Shown piece after piece: positions 12,045-21,878 of a stretch of 64,000 bases of DNA. The stretch lies in assembly GCA_963677435.1 (NCBI GenBank), contig OY781945.1, positions 640,001-704,000 of the forward strand. Reading direction: 5' to 3'. Numbering within the stretch: position 1 is the stretch's first letter; the number at the start of each line of letters is the position of its first letter. Under the pieces are notes generated by a model. The model saw only the letters and a list, made by a program, of their open reading frames with translations. It was not told where the DNA came from and made no database searches. The position numbers were made by a program, and so were the translations under genes. This DNA is from an uncultured Aliarcobacter sp. (GTDB taxonomy: Bacteria > Campylobacterota > Campylobacteria > Campylobacterales > Arcobacteraceae).

Positions 12045-12479
12045 ATGAATTATACATTAGAAGAGTATCTTGGAATAAAAGTTGCAAAAGTTAGAAATAG
12101 TATAAAAAGTGAGATGGAAATTGCACTTTTGCCATATGATATAACAACAACTCAATTTATTGTTTTACTGAAACTATGCGAAAAAGACAAAATGACTCAA
12201 AAAGATTTAGCTATTGAGACAAATCACAAGCAATCAGCATTAACACTCATACTTGATAAACTTGAATCAAAAAAATTAATAATCAGACAAGCAAAAGAAA
12301 ATGATCGTAGAGCATATTTAATTGCAATTACAAAAGAGGGTATTGAACTAGAAAATAAATTAATAATAATTGCAAAAGAGTTAGAAATAAGAATCTTAGA
12401 TGGTATTTCTGAAACTCAGAAAAAAGAGTTCTTATATATTTTAGATAAAATTTTTTTTAATTTAAACAAAGATAAATAA
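12045..12479 (+). CDS. MarR-family transcriptional regulator
   Basis: ITTTQFIVL, TQKDLA, LDKLESKKLIIR, NDRRAYLIAITKEG. Confidence 0.93.
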   Translation: MNYTLEEYLGIKVAKVRNSIKSEMEIALLPYDITTTQFIVLLKLCEKDKMTQKDLAIETNHKQSALTLILDKLESKKLIIRQAKENDRRAYLIAITKEGIELENKLIIIAKELEIRILDGISETQKKEFLYILDKIFFNLNKDK

Positions 12480-13909
12480 TGCAAATTAAGAGTTTAGTAG
12501 GGATTATCTTTTGTAGTTTAATCTTAGTAGCTTGTGTTCCCAAAATTAATAAAGTACAAAAAGATGATGAGATAAAAATATCTGAAGAATTAAAAGTAAT
12601 TGATACAAGTGAAGTACAAAATGAATTGAATCTCAAATGGTGGGAATCATTTCAAGATTTACAATTAAATTCAATTATTTCAAAAGCTTTAGAAGAATCA
12701 GACTCATTAAAAAGTATAAAACAAAGATATGAAAAAGCAAATGCAATAATTAAATCAGTTGAAGCAGAAAATTTACCTAATATCTCTTTTGAATCAGACG
12801 TCACAAGAGAGCGTTATAGTGCTAATCATATATTTCCAGCTCCTCTGGGTGGTGGTGCATTTACAACCTATCATGCAGCTACTACACTAGATTATAAATT
12901 TGATTTTTGGAATGAGAGAAAATCTAGAATTAAATCTGTAAAAAATAGAGCTTATGCCCAATTGGCATTTATTGAACAAAGTAAATTAGACTTATCTTTA
13001 GGTATAACACAACTTTATTTATCTTGGAATTTTAATGAAAGAAAAATAGAACTTTTAGAAAAGATTGCAAAAGTTTTAGATGATGAATTAAAATTATTAA
13101 AAGAAAAATATAATGCTGGTTTAATTGATGAAGTTATTTTGAACAACAAAAAAGCTGAAATATTTCAAATAAAATATAATATATATTCTATTGAAGAGAT
13201 AATAAAAGGTCAAAAAGCTAGTATTTGTATCTTAGGTGGATTTTTGCCATCTTTTGCTCAAAATTTAGTAAAACCAAATATAAATAGTTCAATAAATTTG
13301 TCAATTCCTAAAAATCTTAATTTGAATTTATTATCAAATAGAGCAGATATTACAATTCAAAAATATGTAGTGTTAAGTAATGATGACAACATTAATATTG
13401 CAGCTACAAAGTTTTATCCAAATATTAATTTATCAGCTCTTTTAGGATTTACTTCTTTTTTATCTAATGATTTTTTAACAAAAGCTTCAAGTGTACCTTC
13501 TGCTGGATTTGCAGTTGATTTGCCAATTTTTGATTGGGGAAAAAGAGAAGCAAATTTAGATGATAAAGTTATTGAATATAATAGTTCAGTTTATGAATAT
13601 AATGACATTGTAAATAAAGCTGTAAATGAAGTTGTTAGTGTACTTAAAAAAATTGAATATAAGAATTTGCAATTGGATATGCACCATAAAGAGTTGAAAA
13701 CAAAAGAATCAAATGAAAAAATTGCAAATAAAAGATTTGAGATAGGACTAAGTGATAAAATTAATTATTTAGACTCAAAAATTGATACATTAATGAATAA
13801 TATTAAAGGATTTGAATTAATTCAAAGTCACACTATATTAGAACTTGAATTGATCAAAGCATTAGGTGGAGGTTTTAAAGAAGAGGATATTATAAATGCA
13901 AGAAGCTAA
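12479..13909 (+). CDS. NodT/OprM/TolC-family outer-membrane efflux lipoprotein
   Basis: Lipobox LVAC, WWESFQD, LLSNRADI, FYPNINL, LPIFDWG, KALGGG. Confidence 0.92.
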   Translation: MQIKSLVGIIFCSLILVACVPKINKVQKDDEIKISEELKVIDTSEVQNELNLKWWESFQDLQLNSIISKALEESDSLKSIKQRYEKANAIIKSVEAENLPNISFESDVTRERYSANHIFPAPLGGGAFTTYHAATTLDYKFDFWNERKSRIKSVKNRAYAQLAFIEQSKLDLSLGITQLYLSWNFNERKIELLEKIAKVLDDELKLLKEKYNAGLIDEVILNNKKAEIFQIKYNIYSIEEIIKGQKASICILGGFLPSFAQNLVKPNINSSINLSIPKNLNLNLLSNRADITIQKYVVLSNDDNINIAATKFYPNINLSALLGFTSFLSNDFLTKASSVPSAGFAVDLPIFDWGKREANLDDKVIEYNSSVYEYNDIVNKAVNEVVSVLKKIEYKNLQLDMHHKELKTKESNEKIANKRFEIGLSDKINYLDSKIDTLMNNIKGFELIQSHTILELELIKALGGGFKEEDIINARS

Positions 13910-16040
13910 AGCTTTAAGATATTCGATTCTCTCTTCTTTTAAATTAGCTATTCAAGAGTGGATAAGTGCTGAATTTGTAATAATTATTTATGTGATTAAA
14001 TTAACAATAGCTACACTACTTGCAATGAGTATTTCAATGTTTTTTAATTTATCAAGTCCCCAAACTTCAATATTTACTGTATTTATTGTTATGCAGATTC
14101 ATTCTGGTTTAGTTTTTTCAAAAAGTTTTTATAGGTTTTTAGGAACTTTAATTGGTTTTATCATTGCACTAATTTTGACTTCATCATTTTCACAAGATAG
14201 ATATTGGTTTATGGGATTTTTTACTTTATGGATTGCAATATGTGCAGCTGCAGGATTTAAATATAGAAATTTTATCTCTTATGGCTTTGTTTTATCTGGA
14301 TATACAGTTGCACTTATAGTTTTACCAAATATTGATAATCCACTTAATATATATGGTTTTGCAATAGAAAGAATAAGTGAAGTTGTAGTTGGGTTATTAT
14401 GTGCAAGTGTAGTTAGTGAAATTATATTTCCAAAACAATTATCAGATACATTACTAGAAAGTGAAAAGCAAAAATACAAAAATATATATTTTTCAGTTCT
14501 TGATATGGAAAATATTTTTTCTAAAGAAAAAAGTATAAATAATTTCTCAAAAAATATTTTAGGTTCAGATTCTTTACTTGTAAATGCTGTATTTGAAAGT
14601 AATGTTAAGAAAAAAGATAAAATATATTATAAAAGATTAAATAGTGAATTTATGCATTTATCTATAACTTTTCACTCATTAAAAAACATTATTAACACAA
14701 TTTTAAATCAGCAAAATATTGATAGTAAAATGGTACTTGCTTTAGAAGATATGTATAAACCAATAAAAGATTTCTTACAAAAAAATTCAGATGAGCTATT
14801 TTTAGGTAAAAAATCTGAGAATATAATAGAAGAGTTTAATTATGTGAAAAGTGAAATTAAATTGCAATATGAAAAAAACAAGAAGCAATTTATTGATTTA
14901 GAATTTGATATTTTAAATGATTTAAATTCTTCATCATATTTAATTCTGCGTTTTTTTGATGAATTTTATCAATATACAAAAACATATATTTCATTTATTG
15001 ATAATAAAAATAGTAATATGGATGATACGGCTTTTACTGAATCGTATAAGTTTTCAACATATACAGATACACCACTTGTAATATTGTCTTCTTTTCGTGC
15101 AGTTGTTGTTTTACTTGCAACTACAAGTTTTTGGTTTTTAACAGCTTGGCACTATGCACCTTTTGTGATAATTTCAGCTGTTGCTACAACTCTTTTATTT
15201 AGTTCTCATCCAAATCCAGTAAATGCAAGTAAAAGCTTTTTGAAGGGTGCTTTTATATCTTTTTTTGTTGCAGGAATTTACAATTTTTATTTAATTCCAA
15301 CATATGTAAGTGATATTCCTAGTTTTTGTTTTGTAATGGCTCCAATTTTTGCTTTTACTGCTTGGCTTGGAAGTTCTGCTCAAAGAGGCTTATTTTCTTT
15401 TGGATTCATATTTATTATTATTACTGTTTGTTCTATGAATTTACATTATAGTATGAATTATATTACTTTTTTTGAAAGTAGCATTTCTTCTTTAATTGGG
15501 ATTATTATCTCAGGAGCTGCTTATGAGTTAATAAATTCATGGTCAGATTCTTGGACAAAAAGACGAGTATCAAATCTTTTGTGTGAAAAGATTATGACAT
15601 TGACAAATAAAAAAGATAAAACAAGAAGAGTGATTTTAGAGAGTCAAGGTTTAGATTTAGTTCAACATTTTTCAACGCAAGGACGATTAACTACCCAATC
15701 AAATAATTTGATTTTTCAATGGTTATTATCAAATCTTGAAATAGGAAGAGCAATAATAGATATTAAAAATGAACTATCAGAAGTAAAAAAATATAATCAA
15801 TCAAAAAAAGTTTATGATATTTTAGATTTAATAAAAGAGTATTTTAGACAAAAAGATGAAAAAAATAAAGAGATGATTTTTCAAAATTATAAAGAAGCTT
15901 TTATTGGGTTTAGAGAAAGTGTAGTTCCTGAATTAGTAATTGAGCAAAAAGTTACAAAGAATATTATCGTGGAATTAACACTAATTTATACTTTAATATT
16001 AAACAAAATATCACTTCCCACAAAAGGAGAAATAAATTGA
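13896..16040 (+). CDS. FUSC-family (AaeB/YdhK-like) inner-membrane efflux protein
   Basis: Two TM blocks around a soluble region; TVFIVMQ, KSFYRFLGTLIG, YGFVLSGYTVALI. Confidence 0.9.
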   Translation: MQEAKALRYSILSSFKLAIQEWISAEFVIIIYVIKLTIATLLAMSISMFFNLSSPQTSIFTVFIVMQIHSGLVFSKSFYRFLGTLIGFIIALILTSSFSQDRYWFMGFFTLWIAICAAAGFKYRNFISYGFVLSGYTVALIVLPNIDNPLNIYGFAIERISEVVVGLLCASVVSEIIFPKQLSDTLLESEKQKYKNIYFSVLDMENIFSKEKSINNFSKNILGSDSLLVNAVFESNVKKKDKIYYKRLNSEFMHLSITFHSLKNIINTILNQQNIDSKMVLALEDMYKPIKDFLQKNSDELFLGKKSENIIEEFNYVKSEIKLQYEKNKKQFIDLEFDILNDLNSSSYLILRFFDEFYQYTKTYISFIDNKNSNMDDTAFTESYKFSTYTDTPLVILSSFRAVVVLLATTSFWFLTAWHYAPFVIISAVATTLLFSSHPNPVNASKSFLKGAFISFFVAGIYNFYLIPTYVSDIPSFCFVMAPIFAFTAWLGSSAQRGLFSFGFIFIIITVCSMNLHYSMNYITFFESSISSLIGIIISGAAYELINSWSDSWTKRRVSNLLCEKIMTLTNKKDKTRRVILESQGLDLVQHFSTQGRLTTQSNNLIFQWLLSNLEIGRAIIDIKNELSEVKKYNQSKKVYDILDLIKEYFRQKDEKNKEMIFQNYKEAFIGFRESVVPELVIEQKVTKNIIVELTLIYTLILNKISLPTKGEIN

Positions 16041-16237
16041 ATTTAGTAATAACTTTATTTGGTAATGAAATACCAACACTTGTAGTTATTTTTGTAGTTG
16101 TTGGAATTGTACAAATTTTATTAAATAGAATATTAGCCGACTTAGGAGTTTACAATTATGTTTGGCATCCAGGGCTTTTTAGAACAGCACTTTTTGTATC
16201 ACTTTTTACAGCAACTTCACTTTTGATTTATAAATAA
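16037..16237 (+). CDS. DUF1656 (AaeX/YdhI-like) small membrane protein
   Basis: 66 aa, two TMs, YNYVWHPGLFR motif. Confidence 0.88.
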   Translation: MNLVITLFGNEIPTLVVIFVVVGIVQILLNRILADLGVYNYVWHPGLFRTALFVSLFTATSLLIYK

Positions 16238-16249
16238 GGAAATAAATAT

Positions 16250-17128
16250 ATGAATAAAAACAGTAAATTAATAAAGTTTCTAAAATTTTCAATTACATTT
16301 TTTGTATTAGTACTTGCAATATTCTTAGGCTTGAAATTATGGCATAACTATATGAATACTCCATGGACAAGAGATGGAAGAATAAGAGCAGATACTATTA
16401 TTGTAGCACCTGATGTAAATGGTTTAGTTGATAAGGTTTATGTAAAAGATAATCAATTTATAAAAAAAGGTGACCTTTTATTTCAAATTGATAAAGAGAG
16501 ATTTATAGAAGACATATCAAGATTAGAATCTTTATGTAAAGTGCAAAAACTTGAATATGAGATGATAAAAAAACAGTTTGATAGAAGATTTTCGGTGAAT
16601 AACGATGTAGTTTCAAAAGAAGAACATGAAACAGTAAAATATAAACTAGAAATTGCAAAAGCAAATTATGATAAAAATTTATCTGAATTAAATATTGCAA
16701 AATTAAATTTAGAGCGTTCAAGTGTAAAAGCTAGTGAAGATGGTTGGGTTACGAATTTAGTTTTAAAAAATGGAGATTATATAAATAAAGGTGAAAATAG
16801 TTTAGCTCTAATTATAAATAATTCATTTTGGGTTTATGGATATTTTGAAGAACATAAAATTCCTCTTATAAAAGAGGGCGATATTGTAGATATTCAGCCT
16901 CTTGGTACAGATTTTATTATAAAAGGTCATGTGGAAAGTATTGCAAATGGAATAACTGATAGGGATAATGACTTTGGAAAAAGACTTTTAGCAAATGTAA
17001 ATCCATCTTTTACTTGGGTGAGATTAGCTCAGAGAATTCCAGTAAGAATTCATATCGATGAAGTTCCAGCAGGTTTTATATTAAGAGCTGGAGTTACTTG
17101 TACTATTAAAATAGTACAAAATAAATAG
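16250..17128 (+). CDS. HlyD-family membrane fusion protein (AaeA/YdhJ-like)
   Basis: YMNTPWTRDGRIRA, VAPDVNG, NPSFTWVRLAQRIPVRI. Confidence 0.93.
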   Translation: MNKNSKLIKFLKFSITFFVLVLAIFLGLKLWHNYMNTPWTRDGRIRADTIIVAPDVNGLVDKVYVKDNQFIKKGDLLFQIDKERFIEDISRLESLCKVQKLEYEMIKKQFDRRFSVNNDVVSKEEHETVKYKLEIAKANYDKNLSELNIAKLNLERSSVKASEDGWVTNLVLKNGDYINKGENSLALIINNSFWVYGYFEEHKIPLIKEGDIVDIQPLGTDFIIKGHVESIANGITDRDNDFGKRLLANVNPSFTWVRLAQRIPVRIHIDEVPAGFILRAGVTCTIKIVQNK

Positions 17129-17143
17129 TGATGGATTCACTAT

Positions 17144-18238
17144 TTATTTAGCAGTTGCGATTAAAACATCTTCAATAATTTTTGTAATATCTCCATCTAA
17201 AATAGCTTCAACATTTGAATATCCAATATTACTTCTACTATCTTTTACTTGTTGATATGGTTGAAGTACATAAGATCTAATTTGATGTCCCCATCCATTA
17301 TCACTTTTTTCAACACCATCTTTTGTAGCTTGCTGTTTTTCAAGTTCCAGCTCATAAAGTCTTGATTTTAACATTTTTAAGGCACTTGCTTTATTTTTAT
17401 GTTGAGATCTGTCATTTTGACATTGAACTACTATATTTGTAGCAATGTGGGTGATTCTAATAGCACTTTCAGTTTTATTAACATGTTGACCACCAGCTCC
17501 ACTTGCTCTATATGTATCAATTCTAATATCTTTATCTTCAATAACAATATCAATATTATCATCAACTTCAGGAGATACCATTACAGATGAAAATGATGTA
17601 TGTCTTTTTGCATTTGAATCAAATGGAGATATTCTTACAAGTCTATGAATACCATTTTCAGCTTTCATATAACCGTAAGCATTTTCGCCTTTTATTATAA
17701 ATGAAACATCTTTAATTCCAGCTTCATCACCATTTTGATAGTCAAGTAACTCAATTTTAAAATCATTTCTTTCAGCCCATCTAAGATACATTCTATATAG
17801 AATAGATGCCCAGTCTTGTGATTCCGTTCCACCGGCTCCTGGATGAATTGAAACTATTGCATTTGAAGCATCATCAGGATTAGATAGCATTACAGAAATT
17901 TCAGTTGATTTGATTAATTTTTCAAGTTCTGGTGCTTCATCAAAAAGCATTTCCAAAGTCTCTTCATCTTTTTCATCATTAGCCATTTCATAAAGCTCAT
18001 TTGTCCCTTTTAAAGAATCATTTGCTTTATTATATTTGCTTAATTTTCCTAAAATTCGATTTTTTTCAATACCAATTTTTGTAGCATTTTCTATATTATT
18101 CCAAAAATCTTGTGCTGATTCTTCTTCTTTAATTTCATCTAATCTTTTGTTTAACTCATCAGGTTTTAAAATACCTTTGATATTTTTAAGTTTAGTGTTT
18201 AGAAGTTTTAATAGTTCTGAATATTCGTATGCATCCAT
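17144..18238 (-). CDS. prfB: Peptide chain release factor 2 (uninterrupted ORF)
   Basis: SPF anticodon motif, [16 protein letters not shown]. Confidence 0.97.
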   Translation of the reverse strand: MDAYEYSELLKLLNTKLKNIKGILKPDELNKRLDEIKEEESAQDFWNNIENATKIGIEKNRILGKLSKYNKANDSLKGTNELYEMANDEKDEETLEMLFDEAPELEKLIKSTEISVMLSNPDDASNAIVSIHPGAGGTESQDWASILYRMYLRWAERNDFKIELLDYQNGDEAGIKDVSFIIKGENAYGYMKAENGIHRLVRISPFDSNAKRHTSFSSVMVSPEVDDNIDIVIEDKDIRIDTYRASGAGGQHVNKTESAIRITHIATNIVVQCQNDRSQHKNKASALKMLKSRLYELELEKQQATKDGVEKSDNGWGHQIRSYVLQPYQQVKDSRSNIGYSNVEAILDGDITKIIEDVLIATAK

Positions 18239-18318
18239 TTAGTGTAATCCTTTAAAAAAAGGCATTATACTTAAAATATGTATAAAAGTTGGTTAGGAAG
18301 ATTTTATCTTAGATATAA

Positions 18319-18348
18319 AAAAAGCTCAAAGTAAACTTTGAGCTTTTT
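18319..18348 (-). terminator. Intrinsic terminator after second porin gene
   Basis: AAAAAGCTCAAAG-taaa-CTTTGAGCTTTTT with A/T tails. Confidence 0.85.
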
Positions 18349-18374
18349 AATTTTTTATAAAATAAACTTTCAGA

Positions 18375-19541
18375 TTAGAAAGAATATTCTACGTGTAATC
18401 TTCCCATAGTTGATTTTAAATCATCATTAGCACCATAGTAGTTGTTTTTTTCTAATTGTCCAAATCTTGCATAAGTTGATAAGTTACTACTCATTTTGTA
18501 TTTTGTTTGAACATAAATTTCATTTTGATCTAAATCATTTGAATTCGCTCCAACATCAATACCACTATATTTTAATGCAACATTTACTTTTTCAGTAACT
18601 TGTGCATCAACAGAAGCATAAATTGCAGATGCATCACTTATACCTGATAATGTAACTCTCCAGTGGTCATCCATTCCAGAATCAGAACTTGCATCAAGAC
18701 CAACTGTTCCACCTTCTTTATTAGTTTCACCATAAGCTAAATAAGCTCCAAAGATTCCTAAGTTAGCTTGAATACCTGTTTTCCATAAAGTGTTTTTATC
18801 ACTAGTTGAATCTAAGTCTAAAGAAGAGTATCTAGCATAAGGACTTAATTTTAAATCAGAAACATCATAATTCCCTGCTAATCCTACAGTATATACATCA
18901 AATTTATCTTGTAAATCAGCATATGAAACATCTAAAGTTGCTCCAGCATATGCTAAAGTTCCAGTTACATAATAAAAACCTTCTGATCCATTAAGCGTAC
19001 CTAAGCCACCATCATTATTATTGAAGTTAGTTTGATTAAAGAATCCACCAGTTAAAGAAAGCATATCTCCATAATGAGTAGCTGCTACGATACCTGTACC
19101 AGTTGATTCATTTCCAATTGAATCTCTAGAAACAGTAAATGGAGTTGCAACTGCTTGTTTACCAACAGTTATAATAGTATTTTGAACACCAGTATAAGAG
19201 AAGTTAACTTCTGATAAGAATGTATCTACATTTGAATCAGCATCAGACTGAGTATTTAATGAAACTTCACCCGCATTAGCTTTATTCCCAGCAATAAATC
19301 TTGAGTTAAATTTAACATCGTCATTTACTTTTGTACCTAAATTTATAGCAGCTTTATAAAGATTTGAAGTTGATGAGTCACCTTTTTGTGAACTATTATT
19401 TTCTTCATAGTCATTATATCTATATGCCACAGTACCTGATACTTCTACATTTTTAATTGCTTCTTCTAATGGTTGAGCGTTTGCACATGAAATACTACCA
19501 ATTACTATCGCAGTAGCTAAACTTAATTTTGTTATTTTCAT
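18375..19541 (-). CDS. Campylobacter-type major outer membrane porin paralogue
   Basis: Signal peptide then AQPLEEAIKNVEVSG..YRY; amphipathic strands; C-terminal EYSF. Confidence 0.9.
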   Translation of the reverse strand: MKITKLSLATAIVIGSISCANAQPLEEAIKNVEVSGTVAYRYNDYEENNSSQKGDSSTSNLYKAAINLGTKVNDDVKFNSRFIAGNKANAGEVSLNTQSDADSNVDTFLSEVNFSYTGVQNTIITVGKQAVATPFTVSRDSIGNESTGTGIVAATHYGDMLSLTGGFFNQTNFNNNDGGLGTLNGSEGFYYVTGTLAYAGATLDVSYADLQDKFDVYTVGLAGNYDVSDLKLSPYARYSSLDLDSTSDKNTLWKTGIQANLGIFGAYLAYGETNKEGGTVGLDASSDSGMDDHWRVTLSGISDASAIYASVDAQVTEKVNVALKYSGIDVGANSNDLDQNEIYVQTKYKMSSNLSTYARFGQLEKNNYYGANDDLKSTMGRLHVEYSF

Positions 19542-19634
19542 TTTCTGAATCCTTTTTATTTTATGTTTTATAAAATTATCGGAAAATTACTTATAACTTA
19601 CTTATAAATTCTTGATTAGTTGTATAGTTAATAA

Positions 19635-19664
19635 TTAATTCTGAAGTTTATACCTCAGAATTAA
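19635..19664 (-). terminator. Possible hairpin after cytochrome c gene
   Basis: TTAATTCTGA-agtttatacc-TCAGAATTAA. Confidence 0.45.
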
Positions 19665-19683
19665 AAAATATTAGCAGAATTGT

Positions 19684-20310
19684 TTATTTTGTATTCATTG
19701 TGTTTAAATAATTATGAATACCTTTTATTTCATTAGTATCTAAAAAATTTGCATAAGGAGTCATGATATTCCCATTAATAGTATTAACATTTCCAACTTT
19801 ATAATTTTTGATTGATTGAGTCATTTCTTCAACTGATAAATCTTTTAAAGGTCTAGAAGTATTATAAGCTCTTTTTTCACCATTTGCTCCATGGCAACTT
19901 TGACATTTAGTTGTATAAAGCTCTTGTGCAAGAATTGTTGCATCTTTTAATTCTTTTTCAATTTTTGCTTTTTCTTCAGCTTCTTTTTTCTTTTCAAGTT
20001 TTGCTAGAATATTAGCCTCCATTTGAGCTTGTGTTCCAGTAAAATTTGAAGAAACCTGGGTAGTTGCAGTTTTAAGAATATAGATAAAATTCATACCATT
20101 TGGTGATTGTGAAATTTTGATGTCATCTACATTCCAGCCTTTTGCTTTCATGTCATTTACAGTAAATTTACCATTGCAAAGACCACCATCAAGTGCAGTG
20201 TTCTCAATTGTACTCATAGATTGGTGATTTTCTTTAAAACACATTGTAGTATCAGCAAAAAGTGAAGATGAACCCAATAGTATTATTGTTGAAAGAATTG
20301 CTTTTTTCAA
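19684..20310 (-). CDS. Periplasmic monohaem class I c-type cytochrome with extra N-terminal domain
   Basis: Signal peptide; CQSCH; likely distal Met (IMTPYA); Lys/Glu-rich linker; TTG start with AAGGA RBS. Confidence 0.85.
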   Translation of the reverse strand: MKKAILSTIILLGSSSLFADTTMCFKENHQSMSTIENTALDGGLCNGKFTVNDMKAKGWNVDDIKISQSPNGMNFIYILKTATTQVSSNFTGTQAQMEANILAKLEKKKEAEEKAKIEKELKDATILAQELYTTKCQSCHGANGEKRAYNTSRPLKDLSVEEMTQSIKNYKVGNVNTINGNIMTPYANFLDTNEIKGIHNYLNTMNTK

Positions 20311-20403
20311 GATTAAATCCTTTTTTTAATTTTGTAGATTTTAGCATAATAAGATTAAATATTTAGAATAAGATTAAAAATGATTACAATTTAGAAATAA
20401 AAA

Positions 20404-20430
20404 AAGGCTAGAGATAAAATCTCTAGCCTT
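20404..20430 (-). terminator. Intrinsic terminator after porA
   Basis: AAGGCTAGAGAT-aaa-ATCTCTAGCCTT; the A-run gives a U-tail on the minus strand. Confidence 0.88.
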
Positions 20431-20459
20431 GAAAATAGAAGTTTTATATTCTAAAAATA

Positions 20460-21635
20460 TTAGAATGTATATTCAACTTGTAATCTTCCTCTTGTGTCAT
20501 CTTGAGATTTTGTATCAGTTGTTGTATTCTCTTTAGTATATGTTCCATATCTTACATAAGTAGATAAGTTTTTACTCATTTTATAAACTAATTGAGCATA
20601 TAATTCTTCTTCTTCCATATCAGCAGCACCACTTACATATTGTAAGTTATTATAGTTAGCAGATAAGTTTAAGTTAGATAAAACATTTACACCTAAAGTA
20701 GTTTGCCAGTAATCAGCATCGGCTTTACCATTAATTGTTGTATTCCAACCAATTACAGTAGTAGTTGCATCATTATCTAATGCAGTTAAACCACCTTCTT
20801 TGTCAGTTGCAGCATAAAGAACTTTTGCATTGAAGATATCAACATTTGCAGTTAAAGCAATTTTTGCAAGAGTATTGTCAGAATCACTACTATCAAGATC
20901 TAATGAAGCCCATCTAGCATCAACACCTAATTTAACTTCACCTAAATCTAGGTTAGATTTCGCACCAACTGTATAAGTATCAAATAAATCATTCATATCT
21001 AAATACCATGCATCAATTGTTACAGGACCAGCAGCAACAATAGCACCAACAGTAATAATATCTTCAGTACCTGCGTTACCTGTAGGAGCTAATGTGTTTA
21101 AAGTTGCTTTTGCATCACCAGATTTATCTAAGTTAGTTTGATTGAAATACGCACCAGCTAAAGTAACAGGTCCAACAGTTGAAAGAGCTAAGATACCAGT
21201 ACCAGTTTGCTCATTACCATCAGAATCAATTGCTACAGTCCATGGAGTTGTTAAACCTTGTTTACCAACATTAACAGTAGTATTTTGAATTCCTGTGTAT
21301 CCAAAATAAACATTTGATAATGAAACATTAACATTTTGATCATTATTAGCTGAAGTATCTAATGTTGCAAATCCTGCATCATCTCCACCAACAATAAATC
21401 TTGTGTTTAATTTAACATCTTCATTTACTTTTGATGATAAATTTAGACCAATTTTGTAGTTATTGTTCGTTGCAGATGTATTACTTACATCATTTTGGTA
21501 GTCATTATATCTATAAACAACAGATCCTGATACATCTACATTTTTGATTGCTTCTTCTAATGGTTGAGCATTAGCAGTAGTTAACCCAGCAACTGCAACA
21601 GCTGCTACTAAACTTAATTTTGCGATTTTTTTCAT
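20460..21635 (-). CDS. porA: Major outer membrane porin (MOMP)
   Basis: MKKIAKLSLVAAVAVAG..AQPLEEAIKNVDVSG..YRY; C-terminal EYTF; strong AGGAG RBS. Confidence 0.88.
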   Translation of the reverse strand: MKKIAKLSLVAAVAVAGLTTANAQPLEEAIKNVDVSGSVVYRYNDYQNDVSNTSATNNNYKIGLNLSSKVNEDVKLNTRFIVGGDDAGFATLDTSANNDQNVNVSLSNVYFGYTGIQNTTVNVGKQGLTTPWTVAIDSDGNEQTGTGILALSTVGPVTLAGAYFNQTNLDKSGDAKATLNTLAPTGNAGTEDIITVGAIVAAGPVTIDAWYLDMNDLFDTYTVGAKSNLDLGEVKLGVDARWASLDLDSSDSDNTLAKIALTANVDIFNAKVLYAATDKEGGLTALDNDATTTVIGWNTTINGKADADYWQTTLGVNVLSNLNLSANYNNLQYVSGAADMEEEELYAQLVYKMSKNLSTYVRYGTYTKENTTTDTKSQDDTRGRLQVEYTF

Positions 21636-21666
21636 TTGTTCTCCTAAAATTTCGAAATCTTGTTTT

Positions 21667-21742
21667 CAGTCTATCGGAGCGCGCGAACTCATCTAAGACT
21701 ATTGCCCTAAACCTTTTCCGACATACCGTTGTGGCCATTCTA
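21667..21742 (-). promoter_or_regulatory. porA -10 box and structured 5' leader
   Basis: TAGAAT at 21742-21737; outer stem 21728-21717/21678-21667; inner hairpin 21711-21692. Confidence 0.6.
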
Positions 21743-21878
21743 CAGCACTAAATTTTAAAGTTTTCTTAAAATGGTGTTTTGAGTGTTAATTAAGCGTTAA
21801 TTTAAGTTAGTTTTTAATTAACACATAGTTAATGCTTGATTAATGCTATTTTAGGAGCTTTTTTGTCTTATTTATTAT

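Noticed and set aside
18150..18238. Programmed +1 frameshift in prfB
   Set aside because: No in-frame CTT-TGA; the ORF is continuous from ATG
21571..21738. ~55-codon ORF through the porA leader (MATTVCRKRFRA...)
   Set aside because: Its ATG overlaps the putative -10, it has no RBS, and it runs out of frame into porA
21660..21742. Known riboswitch (c-di-GMP, fluoride, TPP, Moco) or tRNA in the porA leader
   Set aside because: Conserved cores are not recognisable by eye; left as an unknown structure pending an Rfam search
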